A stretch of DNA of 64,000 nt from an uncultured Gemmatimonadota bacterium. GTDB taxonomy: Bacteria > GCA-2686955. The translations under genes and the position numbers were made by a program. Numbering within the stretch: the first letter of the stretch is position 1; every line of letters begins with the position of its first letter. The stretch spans positions 1 to 64,000 of the forward strand of contig CAZBBK010000005.1 of assembly GCA_964490075.1 (NCBI GenBank), given 5' to 3'. This document shows, in pieces, positions 1 through 10,367 of this stretch. The notes under the pieces were generated by a model. It did no database searches, was not told the origin of the DNA, and saw only the letters and a list, made by a program, of their open reading frames with translations.

Positions 1-93
1 CGGCGAACAGGCGGCTCGACATGTGGAGCCCTGGGATCAGGAGGTCTGAAGTTAGTGATCTGGAGAACCGACCGCAACCAAAAGGAGCCGCAG

Positions 94-1440
94 GTGAGCC
101 ACGACTGGGACTGGGACGCGCTCGAGGAGGAGGCGCTGGATCTGCTGCGGCGAATGCTGCGGGTCGACACGACCAATCCGCCGGGAAACGAGTCGGCGAT
201 CGCCAGAGAAATCCTGGAGCCGCTGCTGCGCCGCGAGGGATTGGAGCCGGTGCTGCTAGAGAAGGAGCCGGGCCGCTCCAACCTGGTGGCGCGCCTGGCC
301 GGCGACGGATCCCGCTCTCCGCTGCTGCTGCACGGGCACCTCGACGTGGTCGCCGCCGACCCGGCGCGCTGGACCCACCCCCCCTTCGCGGCGGTGGAGG
401 CCGAAGGCTGCATCTGGGGGCGCGGCGCGATCGACATGAAGCAGAGCGTGGCGATGCAGATCGTGACACTGCTTGCGCTGCACCGGGCGCGTGTGCCGCT
501 GGCGCGCGACCTGATCGTGGCCGCTTTCGCGGACGAGGAGATGGGCAGCACGAAGGGCTCGGTGTGGCTGGCCGAGAACCACCCGGAGCTGCTGCGGGCG
601 GAGTACGCCCTCGGCGAGGCCGGAGGCTACACGGTCCATTTCGGAGGCCGACGTTTCTACCCGATCATGGTGGCCGAGAAGGGCTTCGTGTGGCTGAAGC
701 TGAGCGCGCGCGGCGAGCCGGGGCACGGCTCGATGCCGAGCCGGGACAACGCGGTGCTCCAGCTGGCCCGCGCCGCCGACGCCCTGGGACGGCGTCCCTT
801 GCGCTTCGAGGCCACGGCGCCGATGCGGACCTTCGTGGGGGCACTGGCCGATGGGCTCGGCGGCCCCAAGGGAGCGGTGGTGCGCTCCCTGCTGCACCCC
901 CTCCCCTTCCGCCTGCTGGGACGCGCGCTCTTCCCCGACGCGCGCACCGCCGACGCCTTCTCGGCCATGCTCCACGACACGGCGACTCCGACGATGCTCG
1001 AGGGCGGCGCGAAAGTGAACCAGATTCCACCCGAGGCGAGCGCCTGCGTCGACTGCCGGATCCTGCCCGGCCAGACCACCGAAGGACTGGTCGAGCTGGT
1101 GCGCCGGCGCGTCGGGACGGCGATCGAGATCGAGGTGATGGCCGAGGGGCGGCCGGTCAGCATCGAGGGAGCCGATCCCCTGCTCGACGCGCTGAAGGCT
1201 TCGATCGATCCGCTCGACCGCGGCGGCATCGCCACCACCAACCTGATCAGCGGCTTCACCGACGCCAAACCACTCGCCGCGCTCGGTGCCCGCACCTACG
1301 GCTTCTCGCCGGTGGTGCTGCCGGAGGGGCTGAGCTTCGCGGCGATGTTCCACGGCGACGACGAGCGGGTGCCGGTCGAGGGGTTTCGGCGCGGGCTGAG
1401 GGCCTTTTTGGGGTTGGTGCGGGGGTTTTGTGAGGCGTGA
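94..1440 (+). CDS. M20/M25/M40 family metallopeptidase (ArgE/DapE/Acy1-like)
   Basis: Motifs GHLDVV, GRGAIDMK, ADEE, GHGS and HGDDER. GTG start at 94 follows AAAGGAG; the ORF track starts at 55. Confidence 0.9.
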   Translation: MSHDWDWDALEEEALDLLRRMLRVDTTNPPGNESAIAREILEPLLRREGLEPVLLEKEPGRSNLVARLAGDGSRSPLLLHGHLDVVAADPARWTHPPFAAVEAEGCIWGRGAIDMKQSVAMQIVTLLALHRARVPLARDLIVAAFADEEMGSTKGSVWLAENHPELLRAEYALGEAGGYTVHFGGRRFYPIMVAEKGFVWLKLSARGEPGHGSMPSRDNAVLQLARAADALGRRPLRFEATAPMRTFVGALADGLGGPKGAVVRSLLHPLPFRLLGRALFPDARTADAFSAMLHDTATPTMLEGGAKVNQIPPEASACVDCRILPGQTTEGLVELVRRRVGTAIEIEVMAEGRPVSIEGADPLLDALKASIDPLDRGGIATTNLISGFTDAKPLAALGARTYGFSPVVLPEGLSFAAMFHGDDERVPVEGFRRGLRAFLGLVRGFCEA

Positions 1441-1464
1441 GGACCTCCCCCACAATCCGCCACC

Positions 1465-3906
1465 TCACCCCATCCGCTCCGGATCCACATCCACCGAAAC
1501 CGTCACGGCGCGCGGCTGCGACAAGCGCCTGAGCACCGCGAGCAGACAGCGCCGCCCCTCGTCCAGATCGCCGGACTTGATCAGAATCTGCTGCCGGTGC
1601 TCGCCCTGGATCCGCGCCACCGGCGCGTCGGCCGGTCCCAGGACCGCCAGCGCCCGGCCAGCGCCACGCCGCAGCGCGGTCGCCAGAGCATCGGCATGGA
1701 CCGCCACTGCCCGGAGCTCCCGGCCACGCACCAACACCACGATCAGGCGCGAAAAGGGCGGATAGCGCAGCTCCCTGCGGTGTCCGATCTCCTGCTCGTA
1801 GAAGCTCTCGAAATCGTGCGTCTGGGCACGCTTGATCGCATAGTTGGCGGCGGCGTGGGTCTGCACGATCACCTCGCCGGCCAGCGCCCCGCGCCCGGCG
1901 CGCCCCGAGACCTGGGTGAGGAGCTGAAAGGTGCGCTCGCCGGCCCGAAAGTCGGCGATCGAAAGCCCGATATCGGCGTTGATCACACCGACCAGGGTCA
2001 CGTCCGGAAGATCGAGCCCTTTGGCGACCATCTGGGTGCCGAGCAGGATGTCGGCCTCGCGGCGCGCGAAGGAAGCGAGGATCTCGAAATGGGCGTCCTT
2101 GCGACGGGTGGCATCCTGGTCCATGCGCAGCACCCGCGCCTGCGGAAAACGACGCTCGAGCTCCTCTTCCACGCGCTGGGTTCCCCAGCCGCGGAGGTGG
2201 CGGCGCTCGGCGCCGCATCCGGAGCAGCAGGAGGGCAGCGCCCGCTCGGCGGCGCAGTAATGACAGCGCAGGCGCTCGTCGTGGCGATGGTAAACGAGGC
2301 GCACGGCGCACTCGTCGCACTCCGGGATCAGGCCGCATTCGACGCACTGGATCGCCGGGCTGTAGCCCCGGCGGTTGAGCAGCAGGATGGTCTGCTGTCC
2401 GGCTTCGAGCCGCTCGCGCAGGGCGTCGCGCAACACCACGGAGAAAGCCTCGCGGTTGCCGCGTCGCAGCTCGAGGACCATGTCGACCACGTGCACCAAG
2501 GGCAGGGAGCGCGAGTCGACCCGCTCGGGCAGCCGCAGCAGCTCGGTGCTATCCCCCTGCGCCGCCTCGGAATAGCTCTCGAGCGAGGGTGTCGCCGAGC
2601 CGAGCACCAGCGTGGCGGCCGACCGCTCCGCCCGCAGACGCGCCACCTCGCGCGCATGATAGGGAAAGGCGCCGCTGTCCTTGTAGGCGCTCTCGTGCTC
2701 CTCGTCAACCACCAGGAGCCCCAGGTCGGGCAGCGGCGCGAAGACCGCCGAGCGGGCGCCGATGGTGATCGGGCAGCTCCCTGCGCGGATCGCGAACCAG
2801 GCATCGCGGCGCTCTCCGGCCGAGAGGGCCGAGTGCAGCACCGCGACGCGCCCGGGAAAGCGCTCTTCGAAGAGCGAGAAGAGCTGTGGAGTCAGCGCGA
2901 TCTCGGGCACCAGCACCAGCACGCCCCGCCCTTGCTCCAGGGTCGCCGCGGCCGCCTCCAAGTAGACGTGGGTCTTGCCGCTGCCGGTCACCCCGTGGAG
3001 CAGAAAAGCGCGCCCATCGCGGGCTCGAACCGAGTCGCAGATGACGGCAATGGCGTGCGTTTGCGCCGCCGAGGGAACGATCTCTCGCGCGCGCCGCGGC
3101 AACGTCGGCATTCCGCGCTTGCGCGTCACCACCCGCTCCTCGAAGCGGGCGATGCCGCGCCGTACCAGCGACCGAAAAGTCGCCTGCGAAAAGCCGTGGC
3201 GGCGCGCCAGCTCGCCGGTCGGAAGGCTGCCCCCATGAGTCCGCAGCAGCTCGACCAGCTCGACTCCCTTCGGTCCGATTCCCCCTTCCGGCGCCGCATC
3301 GACCAGCGCCAACACGCGCAACCGCCGCGCTCCCGCTCGAGCCCGCAGGCGCCGGCGGGTGCGGATCAGCCCGCGCTCTTCCAGACGCGCCAGCGAGGAG
3401 TCGATCTTGCCTCGCCCCAGCGCCCGCGCCAGGGCGCCGACGCTCATCTCTCCCCGCGCCCGCAGCAGCTCCAGCAGCGCCCGCTGCACCTTGCCGAGAC
3501 TGGGGTCGACTCGCTCTCCGGGGAAGAGCTCCGCCGAGCGCTCGTCGTCGATCGGCATCGCGATCGCCAGGCGTTCCTCCCGCAGCGCACCGCCGGGGGG
3601 CGCGGCCGCCCGCAGCGCGTCCCCGATCGGAGCCAGGTAGTGGCGCGCGGCCTGGCGCAGCAAATCGAGCATCGCGGGATCGAGCAGCGGCTCCGGATCG
3701 CAGATCGCGACGACGCGCTGCGGCTCCACGCCCGCTTCCAGGTGATCTGTGTGCTCGACCACGAAGCCGGTGAGCCGGCGGCCGGAGAAGGGCACCAGCA
3801 CCCGGGTTCCCGGTGGCGGCAAGAGGCCCGTCCACCCCGCCGGCGGCGCGTAGCTGAACAGCCGCCGGAGTGGCACCGGAAGCGCGACCCGCAGCAGCAA
3901 GGCCAT
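1465..3906 (-). CDS. priA: Primosomal protein N' (replication restart helicase)
   Basis: GVTGSGKT Walker A, DEEH box, four CxxC pairs (CVEC, CDEC, CHYC, CSGC), GTQMVAKGLD, QVSGRAGR and C-terminal DVDP. Confidence 0.97.
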   Translation of the reverse strand: MALLLRVALPVPLRRLFSYAPPAGWTGLLPPPGTRVLVPFSGRRLTGFVVEHTDHLEAGVEPQRVVAICDPEPLLDPAMLDLLRQAARHYLAPIGDALRAAAPPGGALREERLAIAMPIDDERSAELFPGERVDPSLGKVQRALLELLRARGEMSVGALARALGRGKIDSSLARLEERGLIRTRRRLRARAGARRLRVLALVDAAPEGGIGPKGVELVELLRTHGGSLPTGELARRHGFSQATFRSLVRRGIARFEERVVTRKRGMPTLPRRAREIVPSAAQTHAIAVICDSVRARDGRAFLLHGVTGSGKTHVYLEAAAATLEQGRGVLVLVPEIALTPQLFSLFEERFPGRVAVLHSALSAGERRDAWFAIRAGSCPITIGARSAVFAPLPDLGLLVVDEEHESAYKDSGAFPYHAREVARLRAERSAATLVLGSATPSLESYSEAAQGDSTELLRLPERVDSRSLPLVHVVDMVLELRRGNREAFSVVLRDALRERLEAGQQTILLLNRRGYSPAIQCVECGLIPECDECAVRLVYHRHDERLRCHYCAAERALPSCCSGCGAERRHLRGWGTQRVEEELERRFPQARVLRMDQDATRRKDAHFEILASFARREADILLGTQMVAKGLDLPDVTLVGVINADIGLSIADFRAGERTFQLLTQVSGRAGRGALAGEVIVQTHAAANYAIKRAQTHDFESFYEQEIGHRRELRYPPFSRLIVVLVRGRELRAVAVHADALATALRRGAGRALAVLGPADAPVARIQGEHRQQILIKSGDLDEGRRCLLAVLRRLSQPRAVTVSVDVDPERMG

Positions 3907-3928
3907 CGTCAGCCTGCGCCAGCGGCGC

Positions 3929-4804
3929 TCAGTGGCTACCGAACTGGTAGCTCTTGTACTCGGCCAGCGCCGTGGCCCGAAGCCCCAGTCGCTCGCGCTG
4001 GAAGTAGTCGGTTTCGCGCCGATCGAAGACCACGTGCTGCTCCTCGACCCGGTAGCTCAAGCGCTGCTCGAAGGTGTCGAAGCCGTCGATCGCCTGCACG
4101 ATCCTGAGCGGCACGACCCGCCCCTCGACCTCGTCCCAGTCGACGTCGTAGCGCATCTCGCGGCGCAGCAGCTCGCCCGTCGGCGCGCCATCGGCCGACT
4201 CGTCGCGGGACTCGGAAACGCTGACCAGGCGGCGCACGGCGCCTCTCGCCTTCTCGATCCAGAAGCTCGTACGGGTGGTTCGCGATACTCGGCGCCCGCC
4301 CCCGGGGAGCATCCGTGCCTGGATCATCAATGCCTCGCCGGTGGGCGTCAGATCGACGCGTACGCAGGGCGCCCCGTCCAACTCCACCTCGGCCATCTCG
4401 GCCTGCGCCTGCCTGCGCAAGGACTGCAGCTCCTTGGCGTTGGCCTCGCGCGTGGTGGTGAAGAAGAGCTGGAAGGGCAGCAGCTGGCGCTCGATCTCGC
4501 CGACCACGTCTTGCGGATAGCCCTCGTTGGCGACCGTCAAGCCGAGCTTGCCCGAGGCGTCCATCCGCTCGACGAAGCGCGGTGACTCCAGCGACTGCGC
4601 CTTGGCGATCTGCACGAAGCCGAGCATCGCGTTGCCGCTCATCTCGACCTCGGCCTGGTAGCCGTCCAGGCCCGGGTTCGGGAGCTGCAGGAAGGGGGTG
4701 GTCGCGCGCTCCAGGGCAGCGAGAGGATCGGGCTCCGCCGCGCGCGCCACCGGGCAGGCAAGAGCGATGACAAGAGTCGTGGTCAGCAAAGATCGAATGG
4801 TCAT
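3929..4804 (-). CDS. Secreted hypothetical protein
   Basis: Signal-peptide-like N-terminus MTIRSLLTTTLVIALACPVARA, GC-typical codon usage, and position between the TPR gene and priA. Confidence 0.7.
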   Translation of the reverse strand: MTIRSLLTTTLVIALACPVARAAEPDPLAALERATTPFLQLPNPGLDGYQAEVEMSGNAMLGFVQIAKAQSLESPRFVERMDASGKLGLTVANEGYPQDVVGEIERQLLPFQLFFTTTREANAKELQSLRRQAQAEMAEVELDGAPCVRVDLTPTGEALMIQARMLPGGGRRVSRTTRTSFWIEKARGAVRRLVSVSESRDESADGAPTGELLRREMRYDVDWDEVEGRVVPLRIVQAIDGFDTFEQRLSYRVEEQHVVFDRRETDYFQRERLGLRATALAEYKSYQFGSH

Positions 4805-4859
4805 GGTCGGTCGATTCCCGGGCCGCGCGGCCCTGCGATCGAGGAGCTCGAAGGCGCCC

Positions 4860-5921
4860 TCAGCTCCCGTTCGACTTGTCACCGGCGATGGTCAACGCAT
4901 CGAGCGCCTTCTTGCGCAGCTTGTTGGCTTCAGTCCTATCGCCGTCGGCGGCCAGCTCGTCGGCCATGGTGGTGTAGACCCGGGCCTGCTCGGTGTAGCC
5001 GGCCGGATCGTCGGGCTCGGCCGCGACGTAGGTGTCCAGTCCGGCGAGCGCCGCGTCCCAGTTCTTGGTGTCGCGGTAGAGCCGGCACAAGGTGAGCAGC
5101 GCCTCGTTGTCGCTCGGCTTCAGCTCGCGGACCTTTTCCAGCTCCACGGCAGCCTCGGCGTTGCGCCCGGCGTTCACCAGTGCCACGCCGTAGTTGTAAT
5201 GCGCGTCGGCGGAGGTCGGATCGGCCTCGATGATCTTCTGGTAGACCGGGATCATCGCGTCGTACTGCTCGGAAAGCTGGTAACAACGCGCCAGGTTCTC
5301 GAGCACTCCGAGATCGTCGGGAGTCCGAACCAGGATCTTCTGGAATGCGTCGATCGCCTTCGCGTAGTTGGCCGAGTTGTAGTGCACCACGCCCAGGCTG
5401 AAGAGCACGTCACGATCGCCCGGCTTGATCGCCGCCGCCCGGTCGAGGCTCTTGGCGGCGTCCGCGAACTCGTCGAGCTTGGCGTAGATCGCACCGAGCG
5501 CCAGGTGGGCGTCGAGGCGCGAAGGATCGAGCAACGCGGCGCGCTCCATGGCGGTAACCGACTTCTCGACGTCGCCGGCGTCGGCGTAGGTCTTGCCGTC
5601 GGTGTAGAGCTCGACGTACTTGGGGTCGACCGCCTTGGTCACCCGCCCCTCGAAGGGCTCGCCCCCGAACTCGATCGCCTGGTCGAACTCGGCCCGGGCA
5701 CCGGTGTAGTCCTTCAGCTCGAGCAGCGTGCGACCCATGTAGAAATGGATCTCTGGATTCTGCGGCTCGATCTCCAACGCCTGAGAGAACTGCGTCTGAG
5801 CCTTCTCGTAGCGCTGGGCCTTGAAGTCCAGCTTTCCGCCGGTGAAGTTCTTATTGGGCGGCGTGCAGCCGGCCAGGGCCGCCGCGACGACTGCGACACA
5901 GACAAGGTGAGACCGCGACAT
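4860..5921 (-). CDS. Tetratricopeptide-repeat lipoprotein
   Basis: Lipobox LAGC after a hydrophobic leader and about 8 TPR-like units (e.g. AHYNYGVALVNAGRNAEAAVELEK). Real start is ATG 5921, inside the longer track ORF. Confidence 0.88.
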   Translation of the reverse strand: MSRSHLVCVAVVAAALAGCTPPNKNFTGGKLDFKAQRYEKAQTQFSQALEIEPQNPEIHFYMGRTLLELKDYTGARAEFDQAIEFGGEPFEGRVTKAVDPKYVELYTDGKTYADAGDVEKSVTAMERAALLDPSRLDAHLALGAIYAKLDEFADAAKSLDRAAAIKPGDRDVLFSLGVVHYNSANYAKAIDAFQKILVRTPDDLGVLENLARCYQLSEQYDAMIPVYQKIIEADPTSADAHYNYGVALVNAGRNAEAAVELEKVRELKPSDNEALLTLCRLYRDTKNWDAALAGLDTYVAAEPDDPAGYTEQARVYTTMADELAADGDRTEANKLRKKALDALTIAGDKSNGS

Positions 5922-6024
5922 TTGATGCAAGCTCCTCTCCGGATCCAAGGCACGCTGGGGCGTGCCGCCGGTGATGGTCGAGCGATTCGATCGAGTGGAA
6001 AGGGGTTGGGTCTGGAAGCAGGCG

Positions 6025-6053
6025 ACACTATCGCCGCGTCCGGACCCTGTCAA
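6025..6053 (-). promoter_or_regulatory. Sigma70-type promoter for the TPR gene
   Basis: TTGACA-N17-TAGTGT on the minus strand; the -35 overlaps the mltG stop codon. Confidence 0.6.
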
Positions 6054-7033
6054 CGACGGGCGCGGGCCGCACGCACCGCCGCCTGGTGCTCGGCCAGGGT
6101 GCGGCTGAAGGTGTGGCTGCCGTCGCCGGCGTGCACGAAGTAGAGGAGATCGTGCTCTTCCGGCTCCAGCGCCGCCGCGATCGCCGCCAGGCCGGGGCTG
6201 TTGATCGGCCCCGGAGGCAGCCCGGCATGGAGGTAGGTGTTGTAGGGCGAGTCGGCGCGCAGGTCGGCGTAGAGCAGACGTTGGCCGATCTTGCCGGTGG
6301 CGAAAGCCACGGTCGGATCGGCCTGCAGCGCCATGCCGCGACGCAAGCGGTTCCAGTAGACGCCGGCGATCCGCGGCCGCTCCGCGGCCACGCGCGCTTC
6401 CCCCTCGACGATGCTCGCCAGGGTCAGCACCTGGTGCCAATCGCGTCCTCGCATCCGCGCCACCCGGCGCAGCGAATCGGTGCGCGCCGCGCCGCCGCGC
6501 AGAATCGCCTGCAGCGCGGCCCGCGCGCTGGGGGGATCGACCAGGGTGTAGGTGTCGGGAAAGAGGTAGCCCTCGAGATCCCCGGTGGGCGGCACCTCCA
6601 GACCGGCGGCCGCGGGGTTGCGCGCCAGCTCGACGAAGCGCCGTCCCTCGCCGGGATCGTCGGGAAAGAGCCGCTGCGCCACCTGCTCGATCATCAGCCC
6701 TTCGGGAAGGGTGCGCCGCACCATCACCACGTCGCCCCGCTCCAGACGCTCCAGCACCTCGATCGCGTTCAGCCCGGCCTCCAGTTGGTAGCGTCCCGCG
6801 GCGATGCGCCGATCGGATCCACGCAGCCGCGCCCACAGCCGCAAGGCCCAGCCGCTGTGCACCACGCCCGCCTCCTCCAGCCGGCGCGCCGTGTCGCGCA
6901 ACGCCTCGCCGGGGGGAATCTCGATCGTGGCGGCGGCGACGCCGCGCGCCCGCAGCTCGGCACCGCCCCACCAGCCCAGCATGCCCAGCGAGAGCAGCGC
7001 GACCACCGCCAGTCCGACGCCGGTCTTTCTCAC
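6050..7033 (-). CDS. mltG: Endolytic murein transglycosylase MltG (YceG)
   Basis: N-terminal TM helix, EGYLFPDTY, LASIVEGE, LQADPT, SPYNTY and GLPPGPINSPG. GTG start overlaps the ruvX stop. Confidence 0.95.
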   Translation of the reverse strand: MRKTGVGLAVVALLSLGMLGWWGGAELRARGVAAATIEIPPGEALRDTARRLEEAGVVHSGWALRLWARLRGSDRRIAAGRYQLEAGLNAIEVLERLERGDVVMVRRTLPEGLMIEQVAQRLFPDDPGEGRRFVELARNPAAAGLEVPPTGDLEGYLFPDTYTLVDPPSARAALQAILRGGAARTDSLRRVARMRGRDWHQVLTLASIVEGEARVAAERPRIAGVYWNRLRRGMALQADPTVAFATGKIGQRLLYADLRADSPYNTYLHAGLPPGPINSPGLAAIAAALEPEEHDLLYFVHAGDGSHTFSRTLAEHQAAVRAARARR

Positions 7034-7578
7034 CGGTCCGCCCCGCCGGCGCCTCCCCGGCCCGCACCCGCCCGCGCCGGCGTCCGCGGCGCCACCGCGG
7101 GGCTCTCCGGCGCCCCGGAGCGCAGCCAGTCGCGCAGAATCACCGCCGCCGCCACCCGGTCGATGCCGCCCTTGCGGCGCATCCGCCGCGGCGACGATCC
7201 GGACCTGCGGAGCTCGGCGCACGCCTCTTCGGTGCTGCCGCTCTCGTCCCAGAGCACGATCGGCGGCGCGCCGCCCTCTGCCCCCCCCTCGCTCCAGCTC
7301 CGCTCGAGCAGCGCCGCCAGCTCGCACGCGAAGGCCCGCACCACCCGCGCCCGCGCGCCGACCCCATCGTCGGCGTGCAAGGGATCGCCGACCACCACCA
7401 GCGCCACCTCCAGGTCGCGGATCCGCTCCACCAGCGTCTCGCAGAGCCGCCCCCGCCCGCGGTTCGCCAGCGTCTCCAGGGGCCGCACCGTCCAGCGCAG
7501 CTCGTCGCTGATCGCCAGCCCCACACGGGCATCTCCGTGGTCGATCGCCAGCACCCGTCCCGGGCAGCCATTCACCAT
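7030..7578 (-). CDS. ruvX: YqgF/RuvX family RNase H-fold nuclease
   Basis: LAIDHGDARVGLAISD, VVGDP, WDESGST and IDRVAAAVIL; canonical position upstream of mltG. Confidence 0.92.
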   Translation of the reverse strand: MVNGCPGRVLAIDHGDARVGLAISDELRWTVRPLETLANRGRGRLCETLVERIRDLEVALVVVGDPLHADDGVGARARVVRAFACELAALLERSWSEGGAEGGAPPIVLWDESGSTEEACAELRRSGSSPRRMRRKGGIDRVAAAVILRDWLRSGAPESPAVAPRTPARAGAGRGGAGGADR

Positions 7579-8576
7579 GCCCAAAGCCCCTCGTCGCGCC
7601 CCGCGCGCAGCGCCGCCAGCGCCTCGGCCATGTCGTCCGGCAGCGGGGCCTCCAGCTCCATGCGCGCGCCGCTGGCGGGATGATGGAAGCTGATGCGCCA
7701 GGCGTGCAGTGCCTGTCGATTCAGGCGCGCGATGGTCTTCTTGACCGGCCCCTGTGCCTCCCGCGGCAGATCGGCCAGGTAGCCGCTGCGGCCGCCGTAG
7801 GAAGGGTCTCCCAGGAGCATCCGGCCGATGTGGCGGAAATGGACCCGGATCTGGTGGGTGCGACCGGTGCGCAAGTCGATCTCCACATCGCTGAAGCGCC
7901 CCAGGTCCTCGACCACGCGATAGACGCTCAGCGAAGGCCGACCGCGTCCCGGCTCCTTGCGCACCGCCATCAGCTTGACGTTGCGCGGATGGGGTCCGAT
8001 CGGAAAGTCGATCGCCCCCTCCGGCGGCTCCACCCGGCCCCAGGTGATGGCGCGGTAGAGCTTGTGCACCTTGCGCATCTTCAGCTGCAACGAGAGCGCC
8101 GCCTGGGCCAGCTCTGTCTTGGCCACCAGGATCAGGCCGCTGGTGCCCTTGTCGAGTCGGTGGACAATGCCGGGGCGGGTCTCCCCCTTGACCCGCGGCA
8201 GGGTGTCGCAATGGTGCAGCAGCGCGTTCACCAGCGTGCCGGTGTAGTTGCCGCGCGCCGGATGCACCACCATCTCGGCCGCCTTGTTGACCACCATCAT
8301 CTCTTCGTCCTCGAAGAGGATGTCGAGGGGCAGCTCCTCGGGGACCGCGTCGCTACGATCGGCGGGCGGCATCGTGATCTGGATCGTGGCCCCCGTTCCG
8401 GGGACGAAGTTGTTGCGCACCTGGGCACCGTCGACCGTCACCCAGCGATCGCGGATCATCTTCTGAATGCGCGAACGGCTCAGTCCCTCGAGGCGCTGCG
8501 CCAGGAGAACATCGAGGCGTTGCTCCCGATCTTCGCTGGAGACGGTCAACAGGCGGCGCTTCGCTTCTTCGGTCAA
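7572..8576 (-). CDS. rluD: RluA-family 23S rRNA pseudouridine synthase with S4 domain
   Basis: S4-like RLDVLLA..SRSRIQK, GIVHRLDKGTSG, TGRTHQIRVH and RQALHA; TTG start. Confidence 0.93.
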   Translation of the reverse strand: MTEEAKRRLLTVSSEDREQRLDVLLAQRLEGLSRSRIQKMIRDRWVTVDGAQVRNNFVPGTGATIQITMPPADRSDAVPEELPLDILFEDEEMMVVNKAAEMVVHPARGNYTGTLVNALLHHCDTLPRVKGETRPGIVHRLDKGTSGLILVAKTELAQAALSLQLKMRKVHKLYRAITWGRVEPPEGAIDFPIGPHPRNVKLMAVRKEPGRGRPSLSVYRVVEDLGRFSDVEIDLRTGRTHQIRVHFRHIGRMLLGDPSYGGRSGYLADLPREAQGPVKKTIARLNRQALHAWRISFHHPASGARMELEAPLPDDMAEALAALRAGRDEGLWAW

Positions 8577-8613
8577 ACGGGGATCCCGATCGTCGGTGGG
8601 GCGCTCCGGGGGT

Positions 8614-9003
8614 CTACCAGCCCTGGAAGCGGACCCGTTCCTTTTCTTCCTGGCAGTCGACGCAGGTGCGCGCGGTCGGCACGACCATCAGCCGCTCGAA
8701 GGTGATCTCCGACTTGCAGGTCTGGCAAGCTCCGTAAGTTCCTTCTTCGATCCTGCGCAGCGCTTCTTCGACCCGGTAGAGAAAGCGGTTCTCGCTGGTG
8801 GCGATCCGGTAGAACTTCTCACGCTCGTTGGCGTCGGTCCCCATCTCCGCCGGGTGCTGCGAGTAGTAGACCCCGTCGCGGGCGGCGGGATCCTGCTTCT
8901 GCATGATCGATTCTTCGAGAAAGCCCAGCTTCTTGTAGGCCTGTCGCCGCTGCTCGAAGAGCTTGTCGCGCAGCTGCGCGATCTCGTCGTTGGTCAGCGC
9001 CAT
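8614..9003 (-). CDS. TraR/DksA family C4 zinc-finger transcription factor
   Basis: Coiled coil with tip HPAEMGTD, then GTYGACQTC...ERL..P.ARTCVDC. ATG 9003 follows GGAG. Confidence 0.92.
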   Translation of the reverse strand: MALTNDEIAQLRDKLFEQRRQAYKKLGFLEESIMQKQDPAARDGVYYSQHPAEMGTDANEREKFYRIATSENRFLYRVEEALRRIEEGTYGACQTCKSEITFERLMVVPTARTCVDCQEEKERVRFQGW

Positions 9004-9061
9004 TCCGTTCTCCGGCTCCGGGCGGTCGGCCGGGAGCTTCGCACGCATAACGTAAACAAAG

Positions 9062-9091
9062 ATGCTATCGCGAACGGCGCCTGGACGTCAA
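9062..9091 (-). promoter_or_regulatory. Sigma70-type promoter for the dksA-like-rluD-ruvX-mltG run
   Basis: TTGACG-N18-TAGCAT on the minus strand, in the intergenic gap. Confidence 0.5.
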
Positions 9092-9107
9092 GACGCATCG
9101 CCCTCCC

Positions 9108-10367
9108 CTACTCGGGAACCACCGAACGCGCCACCCGAAAGCCGAAATAGGCGAAGCTGAGCTCGGGGTAGAAGTCGTAGCGGTAGGCGTTGCGAATGAA
9201 GGGCTCGGAGCTGTTCCAGCCGCCGCCGCGACGCAGCCGATAGGAACCCTCCGGCGGCCCCAGCGGATCGGTCGCCGGCGCGCTTCCCAGTCCGCATTGC
9301 CAGCGGTCGTTGCACCATTCCCAGACGTTGCCCGCCAGGTCGTGGATCGCTTCGCCGAGTCCCCACTGGGCGCCCTCCGGGTAGCTTCCCACCGGCAGCG
9401 TCCAGCCGATGCAGCCGCCGTAGTTCACCAGATCGCAGGTCGGGATCTGGTTTCCCCAGGGATAGATCCGATCATCGTCGAGCTGCGCCACGTACTCCCA
9501 CTCGGCATCGGTCGGCAGGCGAAAGCCGGGTGCCTGGTAGGGGTTGTCGTTCGGTCCACAGGACCAGTCGCGATGATCGTAGGCGCGGCTCAACCCCTGC
9601 GACATCGAGAGCCAGTCGCAGTAGGCGGCCGCCCCGAACCAGGTCACCTCCTTCACCGGGTGCCGGGGGTTGATCCCGTGGCCGGCGTCGCGCAGCACGA
9701 AGGCACCGCCGGCGAAAGCGATCTCGCACTCGGGATCGTCCAGATCGAGCAGCTCTTCGCCCGCGCCGTCCAGCTGGTCCCAGGCCGAGGTGGCGGATGC
9801 GCCGGCATAGCCGCGCCGATGGGCCCACTCGAGCAGCAGCCGATACTCCTCGTTGGTCACCTCGAAGCGCCCGATCCAGAAGTCGCGGCCGAGGGTCACG
9901 GGGCGCTGGTCGACGCCGCAGAAGGCCGTACCGTCCCCCATCAGGAAGCTGCCGGCCGGCACCTGCACCCACGGCCCGGCGAGCGGCGGCTCGGCGCTGG
10001 TCACGGTGATCGCCACGCTGTCGGCGCCGCCGAGCTGCTCGGCATCGGTCGCCCGCAGCTCGATGAGATGCGAGCCGGGCGAAAGGCCGGCGCGCGCTAA
10101 GGTCTCGCCGGTGCCGATCACCCCGTCCAGGCTCGAGCTCCAGGCCAGCGAGGTGCCTCCCAGCACGCCCTCTTCGCGGTCGGTGGCCGCGCCCGCGAAC
10201 TCGATCGACTCGGCTTCGTCGAAGGTGGTGCCGGCCGCGGGCCGGGTGATTTCCACCTGGGGCGCACGGTTCGTCAGAGGGGCCAGGTCGTTCGAGCAGG
10301 CGCCGCAGGGGAGCAACGCCGCCAGCGCCGCCCAGCCGCGGAACGACCAGGCTCTAGAGCAGCACAT
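9108..10367 (-). CDS. Probable lipoprotein with Ig/PKD-like domain and FGE-sulfatase (SUMF1/CLec-fold) domain
   Basis: NRAPQVEIT...ATDREEG...WSSSLDG Ig-like segment, then FEVTN, RLPTDAEWE, YPWG, DLAGNVWEW, RGGGW and GFRV. Lacks the FGE catalytic cysteines. Confidence 0.88.
   Translation of the reverse strand: MCCSRAWSFRGWAALAALLPCGACSNDLAPLTNRAPQVEITRPAAGTTFDEAESIEFAGAATDREEGVLGGTSLAWSSSLDGVIGTGETLARAGLSPGSHLIELRATDAEQLGGADSVAITVTSAEPPLAGPWVQVPAGSFLMGDGTAFCGVDQRPVTLGRDFWIGRFEVTNEEYRLLLEWAHRRGYAGASATSAWDQLDGAGEELLDLDDPECEIAFAGGAFVLRDAGHGINPRHPVKEVTWFGAAAYCDWLSMSQGLSRAYDHRDWSCGPNDNPYQAPGFRLPTDAEWEYVAQLDDDRIYPWGNQIPTCDLVNYGGCIGWTLPVGSYPEGAQWGLGEAIHDLAGNVWEWCNDRWQCGLGSAPATDPLGPPEGSYRLRRGGGWNSSEPFIRNAYRYDFYPELSFAYFGFRVARSVVPE

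Noticed and set aside
1597-4107. Long antisense and alternative-frame ORFs (also 25267-29856, 53522-57478, 13018-15585, 62215-63936)
   Set aside because: Shadows of real genes in high-GC DNA; Arg/Ala/Pro-rich, with no family motifs.
9108-9300. CLec/FGE C-terminus as a diversity-generating retroelement target
   Set aside because: No template repeat or reverse transcriptase seen in the window.
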